Shown one piece after another: positions 48,307 to 61,100 of a stretch of 64,000 bases of DNA. The stretch comes from Azolla caroliniana. Taxonomy: Eukaryota > Plantae > Polypodiophyta. The stretch is from positions 7,936,001 to 8,000,000 of the forward strand of contig JBHGNT010000006.1 in NCBI GenBank assembly GCA_043228905.1, written 5' to 3'. The position numbers and the translations under genes were made by a program. Position 1 is the first letter of the stretch. Each line of letters begins with the position of its first letter. Below the pieces are notes generated by a model. It had not been told where the DNA came from. It made no database searches and saw only the letters and a list, made by a program, of their open reading frames with translations.

Positions 48307-51300
48307 CCTCCCTTGCCGCCTTTCACGTCGGGTTCACCAAAGATGTCGCGTTGTTACGCGCGTGCGTGGAGAAAGGCGGGACCACGGGGGTCTTGGACTA
48401 GAGAGCGATGGAGCGTAGGAAGTCGTGCTTCACTGTTTCTGGGGCATCCCAGAAACACACCGGAAGCAACCGAAGGGAGAGAGAGAGAGAGAGCTTAACA
48501 CTGACTCACGCGCGCACACACACACTCGCACACACAGCCCAACCCGACCCACGCCTTATGTACAGAAAACGCAGGAGAGGGTAAGCACCCGACACCAACA
48601 ACGACACGAATATACACAGACAAACGTATATATATATATATATATATAAAGGGAAGAATACATTCCCGGCGTCAAGCCGGACCAAGATAGCTTACAACAG
48701 TCGTCTGCTGTCAAGCCGTCGTCGGGGAGCTCTTGGGCTCGTCGCACCGAGCGGGGTCTTGCACAGGAGGCCGAACCAAAGCAAACCCTAAGCGAACACG
48801 AAGGAGAAGAAGAAGAAGAAGCTAACTCTAAACCTAACGGTATACCCTCTAATGCAAAATGGGCAACCCTTTCACAAAGGGCGTTCCCTTCCTTTTATAG
48901 AACAAGGAAAGGGATGCGTTACAATGTGGGACGAATCCCGCCTTACATGGGATCGTCTGCCCCGACTTGACCACTCTTCGGCGCCATAAAGGCGCCCTCG
49001 ATATTCACACTAAATGTACATGGGTGCGTACACACGTTGCACCCCGCCGATGTAGCCAATGTTTCCCGGTTTCCGCCTCTGGCCGAAATTCTTCACGACA
49101 ACGCGTCGTTGCCCGTATCTTCTACCCGTGCTTGGTGTTGATCGGCCATTTCCCCTTCTTATAGAAGTCCATGGACATCAAATTGATTTCTCAACCGTGG
49201 TCCACCAACGCCACCACCGGTTCATGAACATCTCCGATCTTCACGGGGGTCTCCGTGGTCGCTCTGGCCCAGTGCGGCCTCGAATAGTGGCTCTCCGCCA
49301 ACTCGTCTTCCAGCGCCATGTCCTCTATGTGCGTCGTCCGCACCTCCACCGGCTTCTCCGGTTCTGTCTCCATCGACAGCCTCTTCCTCTTCACCAAGTC
49401 TACAATGGAGTCGTGGAACTCCTTCTTGGCGATCCCAAGCACTTCCCTCAGCGACAGTTCCACCTTGTTGTTGAGGATTCATTCTTCCAGGACCTTTCGC
49501 AGGTCCGTGGATCTTTCGATTTCTGTGCCCAGCCGGTACCTGCCCTTCTTGGGATTATCTTGGGCGCCGAATGCACCAGCCTCATTCCGTCTTTGCCCGA
49601 ATCGAGTGTCATATCGCTGCGAGGGCCCGGCCCCTCCGGATTTCCCTACTCGCTTGTCCTCCACCAGAGCCTCGTAGTTTTGACAAGCAGCTTCGACGAA
49701 GCCCGTCTTTTCTTCCACCGGGTCACTCCACCCGGTTACCTCCCGGACCCGTTTTTCCGCGCGGTCCACCTCTTCTTTCCTCAGCCGTGCGCCGACAAGC
49801 CCTTCCAGCATCGTCGGCCAGAACCCGGCTTTGTTCATCTTCGGGGTCTCGCCTCCTCCGACCCGAATACCAGTCGACGCCGAGTAGTGGACGGTCTTCA
49901 CGTGACGAGCCGCCGCCTCCTCCATCAGCCTTTTCATACCCCCTCGCCCGACGTTCAGGTTCAGGGCCCTTCGGGTTTCGCTGGCGTGCACCCGACCGTT
50001 CCACAGGTACACCACGTTGTTTCTCATCGCCTTGGTGAAGTCCCTGCAGTCCTTTCGGATGTGCCCAACCGCGTCGCACGACATGCACCTCGACATGCAC
50101 CTGTTTCCAGCCAGAGGTCGTCGGTCACGGGCCTGTTCGACACCATCCCTCCGTGCCTGGGCGATCTAGAGATCCCTTACCATCCGCGTCAGCTCCTCCA
50201 GAGCTGCTTCCCTGGACGAACCATTGACCATGCCGGTTGAAGCCGACCCGGTCTCGAGCCAATCTCGGGTCTCTTCCCTTCGCGTTGGTGGTGTTGGCTC
50301 GAGCTTCCTTGTTGCGACGGAGCCCGCCCCTGTCGATCCTTTGTCAGCCCATTCACGTTGTTTGTCGAAACGGCCACATACCCTTTTCACTACGGCCCAG
50401 TCGGTCGTCAGCCCGTCATCAGTCTCCAATAGGAGGCCTACCTTCTCCCGATCCCGCTCGTCAACCGACTTAACAAACAATAGGACACGGCTTGTGTCTA
50501 GAACGGTCCGGTCAAGCACCGAGAGGCGCGCGAAGCGTTCCTCAAACTCACGAAGGAGCATTGACGCGTTCCTTCCTTTGTCGGGGGTCTCCACCCACTC
50601 CATGAAGTCCCGCTTCGAAAGTCGAAGTGCATCTTCAAGCCCGCATCTTTCGAGGACCCGACCTTCGAACTCCTCCTAGGTCCAGCTCTCGGCCCGTACC
50701 TCGAGCACCTCTGTATGGATACCCGACATCGCCACTCGAGGGAATCCAGCTAGAGGCCTCTCTTCCGGAATGTCCCTCATTACCATCTCAGCCCGATAGG
50801 ACGCCAAGTAGCTCGTGGCATCCTTCCCACTAAACCGGCCGATCGTACTGACAACCGCCTCGATAGCCCTATCAAGGGCGCCGGTGCCTTCGCTAGCACT
50901 CACTATACGGTCCACAGCCAAAGCCATGGCTTCTGCGAGGTCCGACCCCCTCATCTTCTACTCCTCTGCCGCCTGTTCACGTCGGGTTCACCAAAGATGT
51001 CGCGTTGTTACACGTGTGCGTGGAGAACAAGGCGGGACCACTGGGGTCTTGGACCGAGGAATAGGTGAGGAAGCAAAAGGAGAGAAAGAGAGAGACACGC
51101 TCACACGCGTACAGACAAAGAAGCACGCGGGAACGCAGCCCAACAACACAAGAGACACAAGTTGAGCAGGAGATAGGGTAAAAAAAGACGCGTAAATAAA
51201 TATATGTATGCAGACGACTTGAACGGTTACAGCCGATCAGGTCGACGAGACGGGTGCCGACGCCTGATCACCCACGCACACAGGGGAGCAAGATGGAGAT

Positions 51301-51684
51301 TCTGTCGGAAGCACGCAGACGTTCCACGGAGCAGAATCAGCCTCTCGAGAACCTGCGCCAAGAAAGCTATGGAGAACGACAAAGGAGAAGAGCTCGGTCC
51401 CAGTCCGACAACACTTCGTCCCCTCTAGCGCGCAATATCCTCTCTCCCCCGTCTCCCTTTCTTTTATAGCTCAAGGAGGGAGGCCTTCTTGCTCGTTTAC
51501 ATCACATTAATTCTCTGTCCTTTCGGACAGAGATACTCCTCGATTCTCCCTATAGAATATTGCTACCTAGGATCTAACCCTACGCCTACCTATCTACTTT
51601 ACGACAAGGGACGTGCCCACGTGTAAGGGCCGGTTCACACACATTATACACGGTTTGCGCCTGGGGACGGTTTTCTTCACGACA

Positions 51685-51861
51685 GCATGTAAGAACGTAA
51701 GTGTAACCATTGCTAAGGAGTCGGTTGTAGCCGTCTCCATTATACGCTGATAGGTTACGGGGAACATTCCCCTACGCATTACGCATAGACGCCCCATTCG
51801 TTGTTCCACAATCACTTGGAGGTCTAGGTCGAAGGACTGACCGTGTTCCTAATCGGTAACA
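51685..51861 (+). mobile_element. Probable right piece of the G1 3' LTR
   Basis: Ends CGGTAACA, the inverted partner of TGTTACGG at 30410, and abuts interrupted G5 gag. Confidence 0.6.
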
Positions 51862-52896
51862 AGCCCATATTTTTCAAGGAGCCAACCTTCAAACTCTTCC
51901 CAGGTCCGACTCTCAGCCTGTACCTCAAGCACCTCCACGTGGATGCCTGACATCGCCACCCGAGGGAATCCGGCCAGTCGCCTGTCCTCCGGGATGTCTC
52001 TCATCACCATTTCGACTCGGTAAGCCTCCAAATAGCTCGTGGCGTCCTTCGCACCGAACCGGCCTATCGTGCCGACGACTGCTTAAATAACCCTATTAAG
52101 GGCGCATGTGCCTTCGCGCGCACTCACTATCCGATCCACAACCGAAGCCATGGCCTTTGCAGGATCCCACCCTCTCATCTTTCTATTCCTCTGCTGCCTG
52201 TTCACGTCGGGCTCACCAAATATGTCGCATTGTTACGCGCGTGCATGGAGAACGAGGCGAGACCACGGGGTCCTTGGTCCGAGAAATAAACGAATGAGAA
52301 GAGGGGAAGGAAGCTCCCGATATACTTCACACGCGCACAAACACGCACATTCACAGGAATAGCAGCTAACTCGGAACAATGGAGACAGAACAAATGTAAA
52401 TGTATATATATAAGTCAAGGAGTTACAACCGGCGAGCCGACAAGTGATAGGCTCCGACGCCTGCACACACACACACACACTCAGAATGCGGAATGGAGAC
52501 TCTACCGGAAGCACTCGGGTGTTCCGCGGAGCAGAGTTAGACTCCCAAAACCTGCACAGAACGATGAAGGAGAAGACAGAGGAGAAGAGCTTGGTTCCAG
52601 TCAGGCAGCACCTTGTCCTCTACAAAACGCGATATATTTTCCTCCCCTAACTCTCCCTCTCTTTTATAACCCAAGGAGGTAGGTCGTTACTACCCGTTAC
52701 ATCATGTTTATTCCCTATCCTTTCGGACAAGGATACACATCGATTTTCCCCCTAATGAACGCGTGCTACCTAGGATTTCACCTCAGTTGACTTGTACCTA
52801 TCTACGTACTATACAACAAAACTTGTGCCCACGTGTAAGGGCCGGTTTACGCATGTTATACCCGGTTTCCGCCTAGGGATGGTTTTCTCCACGACA
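51862..52896 (-). mobile_element. Gypsy G5 fragment: 5' LTR (52896-52223), Trp-type PBS, start of gag
   Basis: LTR termini like G3; PBS TGGTGAGCCCGACGTGA; peptide YRVEMVMRDIPEDRRLAGFPRVA. Confidence 0.85.
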
Positions 52897-53337
52897 ACAG
52901 GGAAAACCACAGGTGAACATAACTTCACCTATACAAATAGTGGATGTACAACACCGAGAGGAATACAACACTCTGTCGAGTGTGTCAGCCGCACAGGGCT
53001 CTTCGCGTCTGCTGTTACTCAGACAGCTATGGCGCGGCTCACGCTTCTCTATCTGTCTCTCTCACGCTATATCGCGCACTATGACTTCTGTACACTGTTA
53101 CACACAGTTAAAGTTTGCCCTAGTTACATATATATACTTACGCAACTTTTCTGGCTATTTACATACGTACCCCTCATGGGGCGCACACTCAGACTATTTA
53201 CAAATATAGTCTCCTGAGTTGGCTATTTACACGATTCCGGTTTCGGCCTCGGCCAAGTCCATCATCAAGTCGGCTCCTCGACTTTCGGCTTTTCGAACAA
53301 TCGGATCATCCCCCATTAGAGGGACATATTCCCAACA
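52897..53337 (-). mobile_element. Copia-type LTR fragment E
   Basis: Starts TGTTGGGAATATGTCCC on the minus strand; shares CTATATTTGTAAATAG, TAGGGCAAACT and GTGGTTTTCCC blocks with copia A/D LTRs; cut by G5. Confidence 0.75.
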
Positions 53338-55721
53338 ACTTCTTCGTCCTCTGAAATCGTGTCGTCCTCATTGTCAAACCGCGGCCTCGAAAGCATATCG
53401 ACCATGGTGTTATCTTTTCCGGAGATGTGTCGTATCTCCAAATTCAGCACATAATGTACGTGATCCACCTGAGCTCGGCAAGTCTGGAGTTGCGCATCTG
53501 GAAACCATTCTGAGAATCGGCAGGCAATCCGTTTCGACTATTACCTTTGTCCCGATCAAGTAGTCCTTGTCGGCCTTGACCGTTGAAACAATATCCCAAA
53601 GTTAGCGTTTAACTTGGGCGTATCCTCGTTGTTGCTCGCTCAGTACCTTTGCCCCGAACCGGATGGGGAACCTCACGCCATCTTCATCCTCCTAATTGAT
53701 CACCCATTCAATACCGTTCAGGCTCGTATCCACCGTCACGAAAATCGGAGAGGGTTTCCCTTAAACCGATTTCCGGAGGGCCGGCGTTGCGGCTAACGCC
53801 TTCTTTAACCTCCGAACCGATTCCGCGTGTTCCTCCTTCCATTCAAACCTACGCCCCTTTCTTAGCAGCCCGTACAGTGATAGAACGGAATCCAAATGTG
53901 ATAGAACGCGCACGCCCCCAGGAATCTCCGAACCTTCGTGACCTATCTGCACCCTTCCTTCATCGTAGAGATGGTTTCCACTTTTGCCGAAGACAATTTC
54001 CGGCCGTACAGCCTACATAAGTGCCCGACCACCAAGATTTCGGATTGCCTGAAAGCCGACTTCTCTCCGGAGAAGGTGAGTTGCGCACTCTTGAGACTCT
54101 GCAACACTTTCTCATTGTCCTTGATGTGGTCCGCCACGAACATCCGGCATCCGTCCGGCTCGACCGATTCATCCTTATCTTCCACCTAACATCCCTTGAT
54201 CGGGATGTCATCCAAGAATGGCATTGTGATGTCCGGGATGTAGTCCCTCAGCACCTTGTTCATTGTGTTCACCATGTGTGACACCGAGTTGGTCCCTCCT
54301 TGCGGTAGGGTACACATCCGTACTAAGCTGAGAGGGGTCCACATCATCATAATATCCCTTCTCTCTACGGCTAGTTGGAATTGGTTGTATCCTGAGTACA
54401 TATCGTCAACCGAGTAGATCGACCTTCCAACGAAGGCCTCCACGAATTCGTCAATGGTTGGCCCTATTCCTACGTTTCGAATGGTCACTTTGTTGACCAG
54501 CTGCAGGTCTTGAATGAAGCACAACGTGCCGTTCTTCTTCGGCACGGTAAACCACCGGTTTGAATACGGGGCACTCGACGGCTCGAGAATGCCCATGTCC
54601 ACCTTTTGCTTCATAAGCTCTATCAGCTTAATGATGTGAGCTCTAGGTACCGGAATTGGTTGGAGATTCCATGGCACATGTGGTACCATGAAGATAACCA
54701 TCAAATCCATGATTGTCGGGTCGACACACCTGATCTACTCCGGTGAGAATGTGAAGGCGTTCTTGTGCCTCCCGAGCATCCTCCGAAACCGGTCCTCTTC
54801 TACGGGCAGTAGGAAGCCACCCCCACCGATCTTCAGCTTCGGTAGCATCTCGTCGGTGAACCGATGCCCTATGTCGGCCGGATTCCGCAAACTTGGGTCT
54901 GACGCGACCCCTTTCATTCACTCCCCGCTGCTCTCCGGCAAGGGAGCCGCGACTGGCCTCACCTTCCAGTCCACAATCTTTGTACCTCGTGTCTACGCGA
55001 GCCGTTCAATCCGGCCTGACTTTCTCCCCAAAGTCCCGACTTTCTTCGGAATCACCCATCGTTTTTCGCTTAAGTCTTCCTCGACTACCTTCCCGATCTC
55101 TCCAAGGGTGTCATAGAATGAGACCGCCTCCACGGCACCGCTAGTTTCATCGTCGAAGCTAAGGGTACCCCACGCCCTTAAACGCTCTTCTACATGCTTC
55201 TTTCTCCGCCCGCTGACGCCAGTTATGGTACAACCTCCGCTGTCGGAGAACCAAAATTTCCTACCCATGGTACATGTGTGGGGTTTCACCGGGGTGTCCG
55301 GACTATCGCGGCCCCACACCATGATAACCCTCTCTAAAAATCCTCTTGGTCGTCATTGTCGAGAGACTTGCGGTTACGCTCGTGGTTTGGTCGTACGGTC
55401 AGAATTTGAACGGAGTGTCGCCCGTCCTGGCTCTTCACCTACGCATACGCCAAATCGTTGTCCAGCAATTTCGTCTCCATATGGGCTGCCGTAATGTAGG
55501 GCTCACCAAGAATTATTGGGTGAGAGGACATCTCTTGCATAAAAAAGTGATGGTCTATCTCGACATCGCCAATCTTTACGCGTACGTTCGGGCACGCTCC
55601 GTGTAGTTCCTCTGTAGCCGCGCGTATCTTCCACCCATGCTTACTGTTGATCGATCATTTCCCCTTTTTGTAGAAGTCCATGGACATCAAGTTGATTTCA
55701 GATCCATGGTCTATCAACGTA
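53338..55721 (-). pseudogene. Gypsy G6, decayed PR-RT-RNaseH fragment
   Basis: LIDHGSEINLMS, PFLDDIPIKG and MCTLPQGGTNSV with many stops and frameshifts. Confidence 0.88.
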
Positions 55722-56404
55722 TGTCGCGTTGTTAAGCGCGTGCGTGTAGAAGGGGCGGGACCACGGGGGTCTCGGACGAGAGAGACGGAGTATGGAAGGT
55801 CGAGCCTCATTTCTTCCCGCGACCGGCCGAGACACCAACCAAAGCGATTCTGGATACGAACAAGGAGCAACCGTATGAGAGAGGGGAAAGGGCGCACACG
55901 CAACACTTACTAGGCACATGCATCCTATGTACAGAAGCTAGAAAGAAGGAACTCCAAAGTCACCGACAAAGACACAGATGCACAGAACTTCACTATATAT
56001 ATATATGTCTGTGTATCTACAAGAGCAAGATACAACTCCGGCTCCGAGCCGGACTGAGGTAGGCTAGGTCCCAACAGCAGTTCGCCGCCAAGCCGCCGTC
56101 GAGGAGCTCTCGAGCTCATTGCGCCCAGCGGGGTCTTGCATAGGAGGCCGAGCAGAAGTAAGCCCCCATAGAACATCCAAGCTCTTCACCCGGCTAAAAC
56201 CCTAAACAGACACGAAGAAGAAGAAGAAGAAGAAGAAGAAGAAGACAAGACGAAACCCTAAACGAAATAGGGCGAAGACCAAAGTACAAACCCTAAGGGA
56301 ACAAGAATAAGATGAAGAGGAAGAACTCTACCGAACCCTAGACCTAAGTGGTATACCCTCCTAACTCAAAATAGGCAACCCCTCTACAAGGGACCATCCC
56401 TTCC

Positions 56405-57278
56405 TGTCGAGAATTGATCGTTCCTTATGCGCAACGCTCGGCCACAACCGAGATTCTTTCCATACACAGAAAACAGGAAACGAAAACACGACTCAAAGGA
56501 GAGGAAGGTACACAGGAGGTTTACGTGGAAAACCCCAAACTAGGGGAAAAAACCACGGTAGCCCACGGGCTGCAAACTGTCACTATGTAGGAATATAAAA
56601 CAGTGAGTTCACTGAGGCACCGACCTCGTGCTCACAAATCTTCGCCACAGGCGGCGGTTACAACAGAGGCAACGACCTCGTCTCTCTCTCTCTCTCTGTA
56701 CAGTTACGCACTCTCTCTTCTTCTTGCACCAACAAGGAAGAATAACAACAACTACATAAAGTTTGCCCTAAGTCATATTTATACTAATATGACTTTTCAG
56801 CTATTTACAAATGTAGCCACGATGGGCTCTTAGAAACATATTTACGAATATGTCTCTTCCTCTGGTTCGCACCGGGTCTGCGTCATCCAGCTCTCCGTAG
56901 CCGAGTACTCCTCATCCGGTTCATACCGGGCCTGCACCATCCGGCTCTCCGTAGCCGGGTACTCCTCATCCGGTTCATACCGGGCCTGCACCATCCGGCT
57001 CTCCGTAGCCGGGTACTCCTCATCCGGTTCATACCGGGCCTGCACCATCGGGCTCTCCGTAGCCGGGTACTCCTCATCCGGTTCATACCGGGCCTGCACC
57101 ATCCGGCTCTCCGTAGCCGGGTACTCCTCATCCGGTTCATACCGGGCCTGCACCATCCGGCTCTCCGTAGCCGGGTCCTCCTCATACGGTTTCGGCCGAG
57201 GCCTATCGGCCTCGGCCGAGTTTGTTCATCCGACACTGTTCTTCTCCCTTCCCATCCGGAGGGACCTGTTTCCCAACA
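56405..57278 (-). mobile_element. Copia solo LTR (related to copia A)
   Basis: TG..CA termini; TSD CTTCC on both sides; about six 57-bp U3 repeats. Confidence 0.92.
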
Positions 57279-58110
57279 CTTCCTTTTATAGAACAAGGAG
57301 AGGGATGCGTTACAATGTGGGATAAATCCCTTATTACATGGGATCCTTTGTCCCGAAATAACTACTGTCCGGCCCACAATGGCGCCCCTATCATTTACAC
57401 AAATTATACAAGGGTGAGTGTAACACATGATGCACTCCGCCGATTCTCCCGATATTCTCTGATTCCGCCTAGGGACGGTTTTCTCCACGACATCCACCCC
57501 CACCTAACCGCGCATCCACCGGTATGCGCCAAAATAGACTCTTGCCGGAGAAGACCGGCCCACGCTTACCCTCCGTTCACATAATGCCTTGGTTGGTCGG
57601 TGCTTCTGTTGTTGCCACCTTCGTCCCCTTGTCGCCACCTTCCATTACCCTCGATCTCACATTGCCACGTTGGCCGAACAACCGGGGTCTCCGGGCAGGT
57701 GTGAAGGATCCTTCTCGGGCTTCCGTTTTGTTGGGTCACCGACTCTCGTACCAGGTGCTTCCGATCTTTGTCTCTCCGAATCTGCCGATTGGGTTCGTAT
57801 TCGGTTCGTGGCTACTTTGCCGGCCTCATACCTCCTTTCGCTCTACTTTCCGTCGTCCGATCACATTCACCTACCTCCACCGTCCCTTCCTATAGGACTC
57901 ACGTCGGCACCCGGACCGACCGTCGGATCGGTGTGAGGATCTTCGTGGGACCTCCCCTTCTACCTTCAGTTGCTCGCCTTGCCGCTGCCACCGTTCCTTA
58001 CTCTAGGTCTCACGTGGGCTCTCGGGCCAACCACCGGAGTGTCTAGAACCGGTGTGTGTAAAGTCGCAGCTACATCGCTTGCCATTTCCTTCCGTCCTCT
58101 ATTGGTCACG

Positions 58111-61100
58111 TGTTGGGATATCGGTCCCTCCGGATGGGATGTCCGGAGATGAATGACGGCAAGCCCGGTTGCGGTTACGGAACCGGAGGATGAAGAGTAC
58201 CCGGCATGAAGCCGGATGAAGAGTACCCGGCTACGGAGCCGGATGATGAAGACCCGGCTACGGAGCCGGATGATGAAGACCCGGCTACGGAGCCGGATGA
58301 CGAAGACCCGGCTACGGAGCCGGATGACGAAGACCCGGCTACAGAGCCGGATGATGTATGTACCCGGAGAGAGATCCGGATGCGGGGACATATTTGTGAA
58401 TATGTTTGCCAAGGGCCCTTGAGGCTATATTTGTAAATAGCCCGAAAGTCATATGTGTATAAATATGACTTAGGGCAAACTGTTTGTTGTTGCTGAAAAG
58501 TTGCTGCTCATATTTTTCTGTTTTTCCACTTAGAGGGAGTGAGGTGAGCAGCCGAGAGAGACGAAGAGGTCGTGGCCTCTGTGTATTACCGCCGCCTGTG
58601 GCGAAGATAGTGAGCTCAAGGTTGTTGCCTTGTAGCTTCACCATTGTACATCTCTGTTTATAGTGACAGTTGGAGTTTGAGGACTCCCGTGGTTTTTCCC
58701 ATTTAGGGTTTTCCACGTAAAACATCCTGTGTACCTCTCTCTCTATTGTCTTCGTGCATTTTGCATTTCCCGTTTTCTGAGAGTTGATCCTTTTCCTCGG
58801 TTGTGGCCGAGCGGGTTTTTTCAACAAAGTGGTATCAGAGCGACGGTAACACAGAAAATGGAAGGCGGCGGCAGCGGGCAGCCGGGGATGATGGTGCTGA
58901 ATGCGCAGAACTACGCCGACTGGAAGATCAAGATGGAAGATCTTCTGATTGTTCGGGACCTGTACGAACCGATTGACAGGTCGGAAATACCGAAGGGAGT
59001 ACTTGAGTCGGAATGGAGGCTTCTGAACCGGAAAGCCGTTGCAACCATTCGGCAATACGTAGACGTGAGCGTTCTACAACATGTGGCGAACGACACCAAC
59101 GCATATGAGATGTGGAAGAAGCTGTCGGGCCTCTACGAGAGGAAGAATGCGTTGAACCGGACCTCCCTGATGAGGAAAATAGTGAACCTCAAGTACCGGG
59201 ACGGCGAGAGTATGGTGGAACACGTAAGCACGTTCATGGGATTCGTGAACCAGCTTGCGGCGATCAAGTTCCCGTTGGAGGATGCAATGCAAGCCATCAT
59301 TCTGATGTGTACATTGCCGGAAAGCTGGGAGAACTTGGTGGTGACTCTCAGCACCTCCTGCACCGAAGATAACTTGTCTCTACAAACGGTAAAGACAAGC
59401 ATTTTGAACGAAGAAGCGCGTCGGAGAGATAAAGAACCGGCCTCCGACTCGAAGGCGCTGCTTACCGAATCGGAACGGGGAAGACAATGGAACCGGAGTC
59501 CGCAAAGACGGGAGAAGTCGGGGACCCGGTCGCAATCAAGAGGAAGGCCCACATGCTTCCACTGTGGGAAGCCGGGGCACTTCCGGAAGAATTGTCGGCA
59601 TTACCGAAAAGACAACGGAGCCGACGACACCGATTCGAAGAAGTCACCGGAGCGAAACGGTGCATACCGGGGAGCCACGAATCGGAGAGGTCCGGATCAG
59701 CGAGGGCAGGACCGGAAAGGAACGACAGCACTCGCGGCAAGTGAAGAAGAGATAATGCTCATTACCGAAGAGAGGGAGCTGAACCTTGCCGGCGATGAGA
59801 CGACCTGGGTGGTCGACTCCGGAGCGTCGTTCCACTTGACCCCGGAGAAGAAATACTTCTCATCCTACACAGCCGGTGAGCACGGCTGTGTCCGGATGGG
59901 AAATGAAGGAACATGCCGGATTGCCGGCATAGGAGACGTGTGGCTGATGACATCAACCGGATGCAAGATGCTGCTGAAGGATGTGCGACACGTTCCGGAG
60001 GTCCGATTGAACCTGATCTCGGCCGGGAGGCTAGATGATGAAGGTTACACGGGTAGCATCCGGAACGGTGTCATGAAGTTCAGCAAGGGGAGCCTGATAG
60101 TGGCTCGGGCCCGGAAGGTCAACACACTGTACCTGATGAATGCCCGGTTATGTCCGGAGGAGCTGAACGTGGCAGCTGACACTGCCGGTGAGCTATGGCA
60201 CAAGAGACTGTGCCACATAAGTGAGAAGGGGATGAAGAGGCTTGCAGAAGACAACCTCATTCCAGTGAAGCATGTGCACCTGGAGAAGTGCACCGATTGC
60301 CTGGCCGGTAAGCAGAACCGAACCTCCTTCCACTCAAGGCCACCGATGAGACGTAGCGCACCATTGGAGCTGGTGCACACTGACGTGTGTCAAGTAGAAA
60401 CGAAGTCACATGGCGGAGCCCAGTACTTCGTGACATTCATTGATGACCACAGCCGGAAGCTGTGGACGGCACCGTTGAAGACAAAGGACCAAGTATTGTC
60501 CGTCTTCAAAGAACTCCACGCGAGAGTGGAAAGAGAATCCGGCAAGAAGCTGAAAGCGATACGAGCGGATAACGGAGGAGAATACCGAGGGCAATTTGAG
60601 GAGTATTGCCGTTCGATGGGAATCCGGCTCGAGTTTACTGTGCCGAAGACGCCGGAACTGAACGGGCTGGCCGAGAGGATGAACCGGACCATAATGGAGA
60701 GGGTCCGGAGTATGCTGGCGCATGCGAAATTACCCAAGGGGTTTTGGGCTGAGGCAATGTCGACGACGACATACGTGATAAACAGATCACCCTCAGTACC
60801 TTTGGACGGAGACACGCCGCAGAGAGTGTGGACCGGTAAGGAAGTGTCCTACCGGCATCTGAAGGTGTTCGGGTGTCTCGTATACGTGCATGTGGCAAAG
60901 GACCGGAGAGGAAAGTTAGATCCAAAGACCCGGCCATGCATATTCCTCGGTTACGGCAACGATGAGTTCGGCTACCGAGTATGGGACCCGGTCGACAAGA
61001 AGATATTCAGGAGTCGAGATATCATCTTCATGGAGGACAAGACACTCGCCGACTGGGAGTCGGAGAAGAAGATGAAGAGCTCCAAGTCGACCGGTGAGGA

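Larger units (their letters stand above)
43950..49100 (-). mobile_element. Non-autonomous gag-only gypsy G4, inserted in G3 protease
   Basis: LTRs 49100-48344 and 44718-43950; Trp PBS at about 48339-48323; PPT GGTGGGGGCGGA 44730-44719; TSD ATGC/ACGC (one mismatch); host frame KIRATTRATEE restored on removal; no pol motifs. Confidence 0.9.
30506..51684 (-). mobile_element. Gypsy G3 (G2-related lineage), 3'-truncated, interrupted by copia B/C and by G4
   Basis: 5' LTR 51684-50998; Trp PBS at about 50993-50977; gag-PR pieces 50954-49101 and 43949-43661; pol 33913-30506 with PFLDD, AREDLTNQVEGR, WFGPY; multiple stops; no 3' LTR. Confidence 0.9.

Noticed and set aside
44585-48498. Many overlapping ORFs in G4 (e.g. 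47003-48034 +), and antisense ORFs over the copia/gypsy pol genes
   Set aside because: GC-rich shadow frames with no recognisable motifs; an antisense accessory gene cannot be supported.
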